From: the human T2T-CHM13v2.0 reference genome, Homo sapiens
Strand: one strand, 5' to 3'
Length of the DNA stretch: 64,000 nucleotides
Assembly (NCBI RefSeq): GCF_009914755.1
Contig: NC_060932.1
Under the pieces are notes generated by a model. That model worked only from the letters and a program-made list of their open reading frames with translations. It had not been told where the DNA came from and searched no databases. The position numbers were made by a program, and so were the translations under genes. Below are positions 33,154 through 50,896 of the stretch, piece after piece; position 1 is the first letter of the stretch, and every line of letters starts with the position of its first letter.

Positions 33154-33190
33154 ATGTTCCCGAAGTTTTCTCTTCGTTCTATGTTTCATG
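33154..33190 (+). CDS. PPP2R2A: PPP2R2A alternative first coding exon (MFPKFSLRSMFH-G, phase 1)
   Basis: ATG TTC CCG AAG TTT TCT CTT CGT TCT ATG TTT CAT G|GTAGTT; phase 1 donor splices in frame to exon 2; matches the recalled isoform 2 N-terminus. Confidence 0.85.
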
Positions 33191-33572
33191 GTAGTTTAAC
33201 CTTATTAACTCTTCTGCAGGCTTTTTGTACACTTAAGAAAACTCTTTAACTCTTGGTATTTACTTTTTTTCTGGTAGGTCTTGCCTGAATGTAAGGCTTT
33301 TACTGTATTTGACAGGAAGTTTGTGAACAGATGTTTAATGACCACAGAACATGTGCCTTTAAATATTTCGTACCTGGAATCTTTTTTTTCTTTCTAATGC
33401 AGTACCAAGTATTGGGGACTAACCTCTTTCCAAACTGGTGCTCTTGGTGGTAGTTGTATGTGTGGGCAGAACTAGGCTGTTAGTATCATGCCAACCATGG
33501 ATACCATCTTTGTGTTTACGAGAGTCAACATAAGCAGAACTCGGTTTTAATTGGTATGTTTTCTTTTTCCAG

Positions 33573-33647
33573 GAGCTGGAGGAGGGAATGATATTCAGTG
33601 GTGTTTTTCTCAGGTGAAAGGAGCAGTAGATGATGATGTAGCAGAAG
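33573..33647 (+). CDS. PPP2R2A: PPP2R2A coding exon 2 (75 nt)
   Basis: Acceptor ttttctttttccAG and donor AAG|GTAAGA; encodes (G)AGGGNDIQWCFSQVKGAVDDDVAE, a conserved B55-family N-terminal motif. Confidence 0.98.
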
Positions 33648-35280
33648 GTAAGAAAGCGTTTAATGCAAAATTTGGATATATAATTTTTGCAGAAATGTTT
33701 CCTACTGGAGGATTTCCTTGAAGCCGAGACTGCTATAAATTCAAGATGATTTTGTTGTCCAAGAAATGTAAGAACAGTTTTAAAAGATACCTTTCTGAAA
33801 AACAGCCTTAAATTTCATTTGTTATTTACGCCTTGTTTTTATTATTTTTTCCTCTGAATTTACATGGAAGGAGCGGTAGATGATGAGACATATAAGATCC
33901 TCACATGAAAGCTCTGAGCTCCATATAAGGGTTTCTTTGTTATGTAAATTCCACATACAAATAAATGGTGATGCATTTTTATGTTTGTACATTGGTTTTA
34001 GATAAGTAAATTGAAATAGGTGCCATCAACATTTGGCTCAGAAACATTCTTAACGGCATCTTTGATTTTTATGGGAAGATTTTTTAACTACTTTTGAATT
34101 TGTCCACTTTGGGAGTGTGATGCTGCTTGGCATATTCTGTGAAGAGATGATAGCTCAGATTATTCATTTTGTTGTCTTTCTGGTATTTAGGTGGATAAGA
34201 CAGTAACAATGCTATGCATATATCGCTTGTCTTTTAGGAATCGTATATTCTTGTGCAGGTAGAAACTGTGTTTGATCAGTTGAAGTACTTACGTCTAATT
34301 TTCTCCCCAAATTTATTTTCTAACGTGTTTCAGAAGTTTAAGTTTTGAAACTTCAAGGTTTTGCATTCATTTGAGATGGTCTTAGGCAGCGGAGGCATTT
34401 TCCACAAAGTTGTTGCATTGTTTCATTCCTGAGAAATGTTGAAGTTTGAGTTTTAATGGTATTGTGTGTCTTGAATTACAGTAGGAATTTTCCAAACAAA
34501 ACTCAGATAAATTTAAACATGTACTTGTGAGTTTTAAAAATTTGGTGAAAATTCATAAACCTTTTTTCCCTAGATTGTGTTGTCCTCATATTTCTGACCT
34601 GTCTGTAGGGTACTGTTTGTTCTGGAGATTTTTTTTCAGGTGGTGGGTGGTAGCCGAACTCTCTTATTTGCTTGTGTCAGTGTCATCCTTAATTGTCTGT
34701 TTTAGAGTGTGGTGAATCCTATGGCAAGCCAACTGGTGTAGATTATACTTGTCATATTTTGCAGAGCTCTCTCACGTTCCTTTTCTATTGGATCCTCATC
34801 TGTTTCTTAGATGAGAAACCAGAAACAAAAGAGACTGACTGATGGTCATGCACATAGTGTAAATCAAGGTTTTCTGATGAAGTCAGTGGTGTTTGACTTG
34901 TTCAGAGAAGTAAGTCCTGACTTCAAGGGAGGAGTTGTGTATTACTCATGTTGTAACTACATTACCTGTTGAATAGTAAACACTCCAGTATTGGATCATT
35001 AGTTCTGTGCAGTTGTGTAATACTCACCAAGTTATGAAAGTGCTGTATACTTGGAAAATGTTCTTTGGTTGAATTCCATTTATTCCCTTAGGAAAGTTCC
35101 CCTAAATGCTGAGCACTGAGGGTACTTGGTGTCTGGAACATAAACTCTGCCCACAAGGAGCTCATAGTTTGCTTGTTAAACATTACGCAGAAAGATCACA
35201 TGGCTTTTATTTAATCAGAAGAAATTGATAGTTCAAAGTGAACATCATTTACCTACCTGAACCAAATAACTTGTGATATA

Positions 35281-35468
35281 CATTAAGTCCTCCCTTAATG
35301 TATAGGTTCTGTCAATAATGTAATGTCAATAGGTTCTGTGACTTTAAGCAAAGAAAGCAACTTATAACAAAACCATTTTTTATCCATACCATAACAAAAG
35401 ATGCTGAGCAGAAAACAAAGTCAAAGTTTTCAAGAACCTATTGACGTGAAGTTAGGAGATAAATCAGT
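35281..35468. mobile_element. MER82-like TcMar-Tigger MITE (internally deleted)
   Basis: TA-CATTAAGTCCTCCCTTAA...ATAGGTTCT at the left and AAGAACCTATTGACG at the right, inverted ends. Confidence 0.6.
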
Positions 35469-35899
35469 TATAGTTCCCCTTTGCTGATACTTAGTAGCTG
35501 CATTTTTCTACTGATTGGTTAAATAATTTTCTTTAGAGGTTGTTAAATATTTTAACGTAAGCATATTCTTAGCATCGTAAAATGCTGATACTTGGTATAT
35601 ACATTTTAGTAAGATAACATATCTTAGTAAAAATATGACTAGTTCTAATAGGTATTGCTGTACAAATGTATTAAGTATAAAAATAATCCAGTTTTCAAAT
35701 GACACTGCTTTAATTTGGATATTTCTGCATACTAGAGTTTGCATATTATAGTCTTGCTTATTTGACTAAGGGGAGATTTGCTTTTCTGAAGTAAAATAAG
35801 GTTATTAACACATTCCCCACCCCCCTACCTTTAGACTGATCTCTTCAACAGGTTACATGTAGCTCAACTTTTACTTGCCTGTTTTCTGTTAATGATACA

Positions 35900-36632
35900 T
35901 TTTGATTGTCTCCATATTGCCTGCCTTTCTCCCGTCTACATGCAGTCAGCTGCCAGGGCATACCATTTTTACTCTGTAATGCCTTAATCTTCTTTGCATA
36001 CCTGCTTTCACCTCTATTCAGGTTTGCACTCTCCCTCATCCAGATTGCAGTAAGTTCCTAAATTATTCCCTGCTTCTTCGTCCTGTTTTGCTTCAAAGTT
36101 AATCTTAAATGCAGTCCCAGTTTTGTCATTTTCCTCATAAGTCTACAAGTGGATCACTGTATCCACTGGATTAGGAATTAAGTTCAAACATCTCAGTCTA
36201 GAATGTATGACCTTTGCCCAATATGGCCTCTGCTCTCAGTTTATTTGCTGCTATGGCTAATGACCCAGCTAAACAGATACTGTTCTTAAAAGGCGTTCTA
36301 TGCTCTCTCACTTTAGGGTCTTTGTTTTTGCTGCTTCCACCTTGGAATGCCTGACAATCATCCCACAGTTCTCTTACCAGGATCCTGCTCATCTCTCAAG
36401 TCACGCCTTTAACCTTTTTGCTAATTTCCTCTTTTGGAAATAACCTATTTTTAAAGTCTTCCTTTATAGCACTTTGTTACGTAGATATCATATGGTACCC
36501 CACATCTCTACTGTTACATACTACAGAGTTTAGTGTAGGACTGATTTATCTTCGTACCTTATGCAGGCATGAAGCTGCTCTGTCTAGAACAGTGCCTGGC
36601 ACACAGTAGTTGAATATTTGTTTGAATGAAGG
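35900..36632 (+). mobile_element. L2 LINE 3' fragment
   Basis: Ends AACAGTGCCTGGCACACAGTAG...ATATTTGTTTGAATGAA, the L2 3' terminus. Confidence 0.7.
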
Positions 36633-36985
36633 AACGTAAATGTTATTGTTCTTAGGTTTTGAAAGGGGAAGAGAAATGGTAAAAGGCAGGATGATTGAGA
36701 TGTAGTTCTAGCAGTCATGGATTTATTTACTTGGTAGGCTTTTTAAAATAAAAATTTAAAACGCTTTCTGCAGAATCATCGGTAGGCTTTTTATAACCAG
36801 ATTGATGTTATACAACCGTATAATGCAAAGAAATCAGGAGACCTTGGGTTTTTACCCTAGCTCCAGCACAAACTAGTGTATGTCACTGGGGATAAGTACT
36901 CTCCTGGGTTCCTGTGTGTTTAGCAATGGAATAACAAGAGTGGATTAGGTGATTTCTGCTCTTCCTTGTACTTTAATCTTGTTAA

Positions 36986-37305
<320 letters not shown>

Positions 37306-38899
37306 GCCACAAAATTATTACTACTGGTAATTAATACTACTGGTAAGCTAGATTGTTTGAGATACCGTACTCTCTAGAGGCCTTAAATAAAAAATAAATT
37401 ATTGCTAGTAATATATTTTACATTTTTAATTTTTCTTTTATTGAAAACTGTCTGTCATGAGACAGTAGGTTAAGAGCACAGACTCAGGTGCTAGGCTACA
37501 TGGTTTGAATCTTGCTCAGTCATTTATCATTTCTGTGGTCATCTCTTTGTGCCTAGCTCCCCTCTATAAAATGAGGATAACAATAAAACCTGTCTTACAG
37601 TGTTGTTTTGATGATTAAATGAGTTTATACACATAAAACAGAACAGTACCCAGCAGAAAAGAGCCTTATGAGGATTTAGATATTATTACTTGAACCTTCA
37701 TATTATTGTTACTTTGAAGGAAGAGTCTTTGGAGTATGAGTATATTGAGGATTTGTCTTTAAAGCCTACTAAAAATTTCTCAAAGTGAAGGAAATAGCAT
37801 ATATGTGTTTTATACATACTCTTTGATTCCACTAGTAAATTACAAAATACATTCAAAATTAAGCTATAGGTTTAGAGGCACATATGCAGCTGGTAAAACT
37901 ATGAAGAAAAGCTATGAAGTAAAAGGAAAAAAACATACTGTAAAAAGTACTATAAAAGTCAGTATAGTGGCTACCCTTAAGCTGTTGGAAAGGAGTTGTG
38001 ATCGGGAAGGGCTGGGGAGGCCCTTGTGGGCTATCTTGACTGGGATGGTGGTTGTACAGATGTTTGTAAAGAGTAACCTGGACATTTTTGTTTCAATTTT
38101 TGGTTTTCTTTATCTGTTACATTTTACAGTAAGAAGTTTTTGGAAATCTAATAATGTATTAAAGGGTTTAGGATGAAAAATGGCAGTCCCCTACCTCCCC
38201 ACTCCTTAATCCCTAGTCCATCTCCTAAGAGCAGTTGTTCAACTCTTCCGCTGGGTTCCTTGGTGCTTCATTTCCTTTTTGGGAATAAAATGGTATTTCT
38301 ATATCTTGTCAATTTTAGTATTTCCAGCTGACTTGCTCCTCTAGTAGATGATAACTAAGCTATTCACATTATCACCCCCATTTCTGTCCCCATTGTGCCC
38401 CGATGTTACATCACACACTATGATTAAATTGGACGTCAGTGCTTAAATTGTTATGACCACGCACACATTCTCTGCTGAACCAGTAGTGCTCTGCAGTGTT
38501 TATTTCATCCTCAAGGTAATACAGTAATTGCTTGTTTGTTAATTTGACTATTTGGTTTTTTAAAAAACGTAATCAATCTGGAACATTACAGAAAGTATGT
38601 GGAATAGTATAATGAACCCCTGTCACCCGGCGTTGTCAATGGCCAGTGTTGCCCCATGTATGGTTCCATCACTGGACCCTTTCCCATCCTTTTGTTATTT
38701 AATAATGTAATACTTGTTTTTAAAATCTGAATTTAACAAAATAGAAAGCCAAGTTCATTTCTTAAAGTCGAACAGTAAGAAATTTTTTCTAATGATTTTG
38801 ATAATGTGTTTAAATTTTACTTGTGGAAATAAATTATTAAAAATTCAAATACATGTGGATAATCTGAAGTGTGTAATAATTGGTCAAAATAATAGAACA

Positions 38900-39180
38900 G
38901 GCCAGGTGCAGTGGCTCACGCCTGTAATCCCAGCACTTTGGGAGGCCAGGCGAGAGGATCTCTTGAATCCAGGAGTCTGAGACCAGCCTGGACAACATAG
39001 TGAGACCTTTTCTCTACAAAAATTAAAAATATTAGCAGGGCATGGCAGTGTGCAACTGTAGTCCCAGCTACTAAGGAGGCTGAGACTTGAGCCTGAGAGG
39101 TCTGCTACAGTTAGGCTGTGATTGTGCCACTGGTCTCCAGCCTGGACAATAGAGTAAGACTCTGTTTCAAAAAAAAAAAA
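38900..39180 (+). mobile_element. AluJ-like
   Basis: Dimeric Alu with poly-A tail. Confidence 0.9.
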
Positions 39181-40480
39181 GGAACAACTTAACCATTCAA
39201 GATAGTTATTTTAATTATTTTAATGTAGATTTTTCATTGTTTAGTAATCTTAAAATATCAGATGTTATTAAATATTTAATAATGAACCTCATCTGCATAT
39301 TTGATAGTCTTAAACTTTCACAGGAAATTATTTTAGGATATTATCTTATAAAGTCTTATTTTATGAAACTTGGATCCAAGTACATTGTGTGTTTTCAACT
39401 CTTTGCTTTCTGTTTACTTTTGGTAGGATTTAGCCTTGTGGACTGGGTCTTGAAAAAATATTTTTTAAATGGTAGAGGCTAAAATATGCCCCAAATAAGG
39501 ACATAAGTAAAAATTTGAAAAACAGTCCATATTATGATATCTCACACAATTTAATGGTTTTAGTCCATTCCATATGTTTAATGCTATAATGTAAACAATT
39601 TAAAATCATTTCTCTTCTGCATCTCTTTTTTTTTTTTTTGTTAGAGACAAGGTCTTGCTGTGTTGCCCAGGCCGTCTTCTGTGTTTCTTAGAGTAGTATG
39701 CATGTTAGATTTAGGCAGTAAGGTAAGTTAGTAGAAAAAGTAGAACCCTGTTGTTTTGTGGATTTAAAAATAGTGGCACATTAGCTGTATTCCGAAACCT
39801 AATGACCTATGGTAAAGGTCTTATTTAATATCCTTACCTTGTATGACATGTGACACTTCTTTTTCTTAACACTAGCATTACTACTGAAGTCTAGTAGACC
39901 TCACTCAGTACAGTCACTTAAAGTAGTAGTGTAAGTTTACCCATTAAATACCATGAATGATAGTATCTGTTTAGCATCAAATAGTTTTCTTGCTTTGTTT
40001 TAAAATACTAAGTTTTTTCACATTCATTTGACAAAAAATTATGAGAGAGAATGGCCATTGAAAACATATTGCTGACATTTTGTCATGTTATTAAAATAAA
40101 ACAAAAATTAGCCTTAGGTGTTTCTTAGTACTCTGTAATAGTGAACAAAATATTAAAATCAAGTTCTTGAAAATTGTGGAATAAGCAGAATGATGAGAGG
40201 TTGAAGCAAAAATGTATTAAATCAGTGAAGAGGTTACAGTATGTTACGTATTTGCATATAAGTGTTTGCCTAGTTTATCTTAAAGTTGATTGTAGGAAGA
40301 AAGGTACGTTTCTTAATGCTGTTAAATAGGAAAACTGAAGGATTGGAAATAGCTAAAAAATTTTAGTTAATATCCTCAACTGTAATCTCGTTGCCCTTTA
40401 AGGTGATGATGGAATTTGTAATTAAGTAATCAAGTATCCATAAGGTGCTTCCTCAGCAGACAGAAAGAAAAGTAAAAGCT

Positions 40481-40792
<312 letters not shown>

Positions 40793-41182
40793 TTAGATTT
40801 TCTATAAATAAACTGCTATATAGTCATTGTAAGGAAGGCATGGCATGGCCATCTTGAGTACCTACATTTTTTGAGTGCTTAACTATGTATCAGGCATTGT
40901 TTTAGGTCCTTTACATCTATTTATTTACTGTTCTTCACAAATACCCTGTGAAATAAGTAGATACTGGTGGGAAAGTTAATTAACTGTATAATCTTGAGCA
41001 GGTGGTGAAGCTGGGATTCTTACCTTAGACCTTTCACTTTTCCTAATATAATTTTATTTCAAAACTTAATCTCCTTTTAGTTCAGGTGAAGGCGTTTGAT
41101 GTTGAACTGCAACTCCTGTTTATAACAAGGTTTATTTGTAATGCCTAGTAGATACTTTTTATTTTGAAGTAATTAAATATAA

Positions 41183-41463
<281 letters not shown>

Positions 41464-41620
41464 CTGATGGCGTTCGTTAGCTGAGATGTGCTATATATAG
41501 ATGGGTTATAAGGGCTTTGTGAACCCTCTGATGATGTGTGTGAAATTGTGTGTGATTGTACATATGTGCATTTCTCTGGTCGGAGTCCGTAGCTGCCATC
41601 AAAATTGATATCATTTAGTC

Positions 41621-42887
41621 CAGTGGTTCTCTAAATGTCGTCTGGCAACCCCTGAACTCATTCCAAATGTCTGTGAAGTAAAAACTATTTTCACAGTAGT
41701 ACTCAGGTGATACTTGCCTTTTTCAATACATTGACTTTGCAGCAGTGCTGCAGAAGCCATCTTAGCATGAGATCAAGACAGTAGCACAAAAGAGTACCTG
41801 TAGAGGTAATCTTCATTACCATGTACTAGCAGTTTAAAAAACCATCAGTTTTAAGAATGTCCTTGAAGCAGTGAAAACTTAATTTGATTAAATTTCTACT
41901 TGAACACATGTCTATTAAACGTTCTGCATGACAGAATGGAAGGTATACCTAGAGAAAGAACTTCTGCAAGGGGGTAAAGTGGTTGTCTGGAGGAACAGCA
42001 TTGGTGCAGCTGTTTTGAGTTTCAACTGCAGTTTTCATGGAACATCACTTTTATTTGAAGTAACTGATGAACTATAGTTATTCAGACTTGGATATTTGGT
42101 GGACATTTTCTCAAAAGAACAGTGAAACTGATACTTCAGTGTACAGTGTTTGTTGCCCATGATGAAATTTGAGCTTTCAAGCAAAAATTAGAATTTTGGA
42201 AAACACGTCTCTGCCATTGTGAGCTTGACAGCCTCCCAATACTTAAAATATTTTTTCAAATAAAATCAGTAGTCATATTAACGAATGTGATTTTTTGATA
42301 CTATGTAATGTGTTAACATTTGGAAGATCTGTATAACTCAGTAAATCAGTCTTTTACGGGTGACCGATGCATGTGATGTTAAACAGTCATACATCAGTAA
42401 AAGTGCGTGCTAGAGCATTGAATTTTAATGTGACAGACTACCGATATGTTTTGAGATTCCACAAACCTTCAAGAATCCACCACTGTGGAATTTTGGTGTA
42501 GTATCAAAGGTATATCCATAACTACCTGAAACACCTATTAAAATATTCCTCCCTTTCTAACTACATATCTGAGTGAGGCTGGATTTTCTTCATATATTTA
42601 ACTGACAGAATATATTGTGGTGCAGTACATTGAATACAGAAGCAATTAAGAGAATCTTCATTCTGTTAGGCCAGATTAAATTAAAGAGATTTGCAGCAGT
42701 GTAAAGCAATGTCATTAATTTTGTTGGTGGGGAGGGGGATGTAGTCATTTTTCATAACATTTTTGTTAATGTGTGAGGTTTATTACTATTTTACAATGAA
42801 GAAATATTTTAAAGTTTAAAAGGTCTTTGATGGTCTAAGATTTTAAGAGTTAAGGGGATCCTGTCATTCAGAAAATTTGAGTTGTTG
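41621..42887. mobile_element. Charlie1a/b-like hAT DNA transposon
   Basis: CAGTGGTTCTC start; Charlie1 core TATTCAGACTTGGATATTTGG; 8-bp TSD ATTTAGTC (41613) / GTTTAGTC (42888). Confidence 0.85.
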
Positions 42888-44829
42888 GTTTAGTCTGTTC
42901 ATAGATTTCATTTTAGTAATAATGCTTTACAAGTCTCATGAACCACAAGGTAAGTGATCAGAATAGTGTACTGCTTTTGTGGATGAATGTCTTAAAAAAT
43001 TGCCTACGAAAGTAGTTTCTGTGACTTGAAATTGTTTCAGTCTCCTCCCTCCCTGTTCTTTTAGATACCAAATTAGATCTGCCTTAAGCTCCTTCAGCTG
43101 GTGATCTTGGTGAAGGAAGAATACCTTCAGGACGTTAAAGTATCTATTTTTAAACTTACCTCTCCCTTACAGAGATTAAATACCAGTAACATATTTGCCA
43201 GAATAAAATAATTTTTTACGGTTTTCCCCACAATGTCTGCTCAGGTCCAACTATCAGGAACACTGAAATTCTCACAGCCTAATTTAGTGCCACTCCTAGG
43301 TTGCCTGCCTCGTCATTAGAAGTGAGTTGGTGACCTTGACATTGTGTTTTATTTTGAGCCCAACTTGTAGCAGTTTGGTGATGTGTTGTCTGTTCTAGGA
43401 AAGAAGGCATAAAATTGGCTTGCTAACTTTCCCAACTTAACTACTGAAGGGAAGAGAGAGAGGGAACAATGTTTTTCTGAAAATCCTGAAGTGAACAACA
43501 TAATTATATTTTAAATAGTTAAATTTCCCATTCTAAGGATGTAGTATCAACTATTGCTTAATATTTTCAGTATTTTTGTGGCTGTTTTCTACTCTTGAAT
43601 GCCAAAGTTTGTAGACTTCAGCAGTTTTCTGTCCAGGTTTAAACACTGAATGTAATTTAAAAAAAAACTCCGCTAATTTTTAAAAATGAATATGAATGTT
43701 TTTAGTTAATTTTGGCAGTAGTTGATTACAATATCATCTAGATCTTTGCTCTTGGCATATGTGGAATCCTTGGCAAGTCGTTGAATACTTCTATATACCA
43801 CATTGCCGGGAGTTACGCTCTTGTAGCTTTTAGTTTCTATTGGTTAAATCCTCTCTGTATGTTCAAATACCAGATGGAGTTTTCTCTTCTAGAATCTTCG
43901 AATGATCTCTCTTTTTCCAGTTCACAGGGTCTGTGGACCGGTGATCTGGTTTAAGAACTTCTGCTCTAATCTTGAGTTATGCCTGTGTTTACACACTTAC
44001 TGAAACTTCTGTGCTGGATTCTAAATTTGGAAGAATCAAGGATATTTGTGTGGTAATAATGGTGTTTAGACTATTTAGGAGGGTATTTTTTCTTACCGGT
44101 CCTCTTATTACTTTTTCCTGAGATAATATGGGAGGGATTAATCATCTGTAAAATACCAGACTTGACAGATTTAGTGTGTTCCCATCTTTTTTTTTTTTCC
44201 TTTATTAAAAACTGTCTCTCATGGGTAAAAACATTAGAAGGATATATTGGATTTTGAACCAGTTGCTTATTTTATACTTTAATCAGAAGGAAATTTAAGT
44301 TTTTCAGTAGCTTGTATTAAGAGAGAAATCAGAGTAGGTAAAAGGGATTGGGGGCAAAATTTTAAAAATTTTCTAAAGATCCAGAAGAACATGGTTAGAT
44401 CTGGAGCAGTGTTACTTTTCAAACCTGCCATTGCAGGCTCATTGTAGGTCTGTCTGCTCTGTATGAAAGTAGAAATAGTACCTTTTTGGTGTTACCCTGC
44501 GTGTCTGTTTTTTCCTGCTTACCACAAGGTAAGATTCTTAAGGGTGGATGACTTTCTAAGGGAACAAAAGAGGAATCTTTCCTTTTGGCTAATAGAGTGG
44601 GAAGGCTCTAATTCAAGAGAAACAGGCTATTGTAGGCAATAAATAGTTCTGACCAAATTTCTTATCAAGGCATGCAACATGCAAAAATGTTTGTTAAAGG
44701 AATTGGTAGTAGCAAAGGCATTGCTTGTTCTGTCTTTCTTCTCCTTGACATAAAATGAGCATTATTTTTTTTTCTAGCAACAGAACCAATTTTTAATGAA
44801 AATTTTTAGCTACCTAATGTTTTTATGCA

Positions 44830-45250
44830 TATTATAGAAAACATATAACATTAAATTTACCATCTTAACCATTTTCAAATACACTGTTCAGTAGTGTTAA
44901 CTCTATTCATATTGTGAAACAGATCCTCAGAACTTTTTCGTCTTGCAAAACTGAAACTCTATACCCGTTAAATAACTCCCTTCTTCCCCTCCCCTCAGCT
45001 CTTGGCAGCTACCATTCTACTTTCTGTTTCTGTAAATTTGACTGCTTTAGATTCCTCCTCCAAGTGGAATCATACAGTCTTTTTGTGACTGGCTTATTTC
45101 ATAATGTCTTCAGGGTTCATCCCTGTTGTAGTATGTGACAGGATTTCCTTCCTTTTTAAGGCTGAATAATAGACCATTGTGTGTATATATCCCTTTTGTT
45201 TATTCATTCATTCTTTGATGGGCATTTTGGTTGCTTTCATGTTTTAACTC
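44830..45250 (-). mobile_element. L1M 3' end fragment
   Basis: AAATTTACCATCTTAACCATTTT...GTGACTGGCTTATTTCA...TTTTTAAGGCTGAATAAT, typical of an antisense L1MA/MB 3' UTR. Confidence 0.8.
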
Positions 45251-45914
45251 TCGAGCTCCTAGTCTTTTTATATATATGGGGTTCGGTGGGAAGGAACCAG
45301 GTAGGTACTTTCTGTAATTAATTTGAGTAGTCTAGGTAGAACATGAAAGTGTCAGTTTAAAGGATTTAGAGATTGGTGTAGTTTTATTTTTAAAACTCCT
45401 GTTTGATTGAGTCTACATCTCTGATTTTTATGGGGAGGGGGCAGAGCTAAGGTGAGACACAGCCACAAGTCAACAGGTATCTGTTGAGTTCCCAGCACTG
45501 TGGAGAATGTGAAGGAGATAGAAGACATTATTCCTTCATTTTAGGTACATGGAGGTCCATTTTATTGAAATAAACATTTCCCATAGCACTTGGCATTTGG
45601 TATTACACCCTACGTATGGTACTGTGAAAACCTTCTCTAATGCCATGTAAAAATTTTACAGATGATACTAGAGTCTGAGTAGTAAATTACTTTCCCTTTT
45701 CTAAGTTGATTTTATGCTGCTTGATATTGAGATGGGGATGTAGTACAAATATTTACTTGTTTCTTGGAGTTAAATTTTAAAAAATCCCATATTGCAGGTC
45801 TAAGACCATAAATTTGTCTTTTACTGCTTTCAAATGGTCGTGAGTTGGAATTTTCCAATTAGTATTTTTAGAGACTTCTCTAGGTGAATGTTTATGGTAG
45901 CCTACAAGCTACCA

Positions 45915-46735
<821 letters not shown>

Positions 46736-47854
46736 AAAAATTAATACATATATAGAATGGTAAATCAAGAGGAATACAGCAAATGTATGCTTCTCTCTTC
46801 TTTCTCCCAGTTTCTTCGTCCTCTCACCAGAGATGCCATCACAGGTTTCTTATATATCATTCCAGAAGTATTTTATTTTGTATTTGCAATGTTTTTAACA
46901 GCGCATCTTTATCATTTTGGACTTGAAAGTAGGAAAATGTATTCTAGGAATCCATGAATTATTAAGCAAGGTCTATAGGCCCTGCCTTAAAGAGGATCTG
47001 ATGAGTTGCCTGAGAAATTAGCATTTTCTTTTAACCAGTAGATTAAAACCATACAGATTTCTATATGGAGAGTTGCTGAGAAGGTTGTACACATTTGGAA
47101 TTTACATCTAGATGTGTAATTAGTGGACTCTAAACAAAGCTAAGTAAAATCTATAATATCTAAGATATACAAGTCTTTAAAAATAACAGTTTGGGTTCAC
47201 AGATACTGGAGTCTTCGGATTGTAGACCTTAAGTCTTCTTTCTCCACTTGAATCTGATTGTTCCTGGCAGTGTGTAAAGTGATCGGTTCATTTTGGTGAT
47301 TTATTTAATTAAGACTGTACTACACATTATAGAATAGGCTAGATCCTAAAGACATAATGTGTGTTCTTAAGTGTTCAGTAAACACGTAGGCCTTTTTGGT
47401 CACTTGTCCACCATGTCTAATTCTCGACCTAATTTCTTGGGAGTTTTGTTAATATTCCTTAAAATGCCAAAATGTCATAATTTGTATACTGCTCAGGTTG
47501 ATTGGAATAAAGCTTTGTTAAATTCTTGCTATGCAGAATTCTTTTAATCTTTAAGAATTTTTGTTTGTTAAAGGAAAAACAACTTTGATTATAAATGTCT
47601 GAGAAATTTAAAAAATAAGTGCTCAAGAGACTGAGCTGTCTATAAGTGCTTTATATGCATTATCTCGTTTAATCCTCTCACTCTGAGGATAAATTATTAC
47701 TTTCATTTTATAGATGAGGAAATCAAGGCTTAGATAAAGTAACTTGCTCAAAGTCACGTAGTTGGAAAATGGGGGAGTGAGGGGTTGAACCTTGTTGGTT
47801 CTTCTGACTTCACAGCCCATGTACTATATGTAAATGAAAAAATAAAATCAAATA

Positions 47855-50896
<3,042 letters not shown>

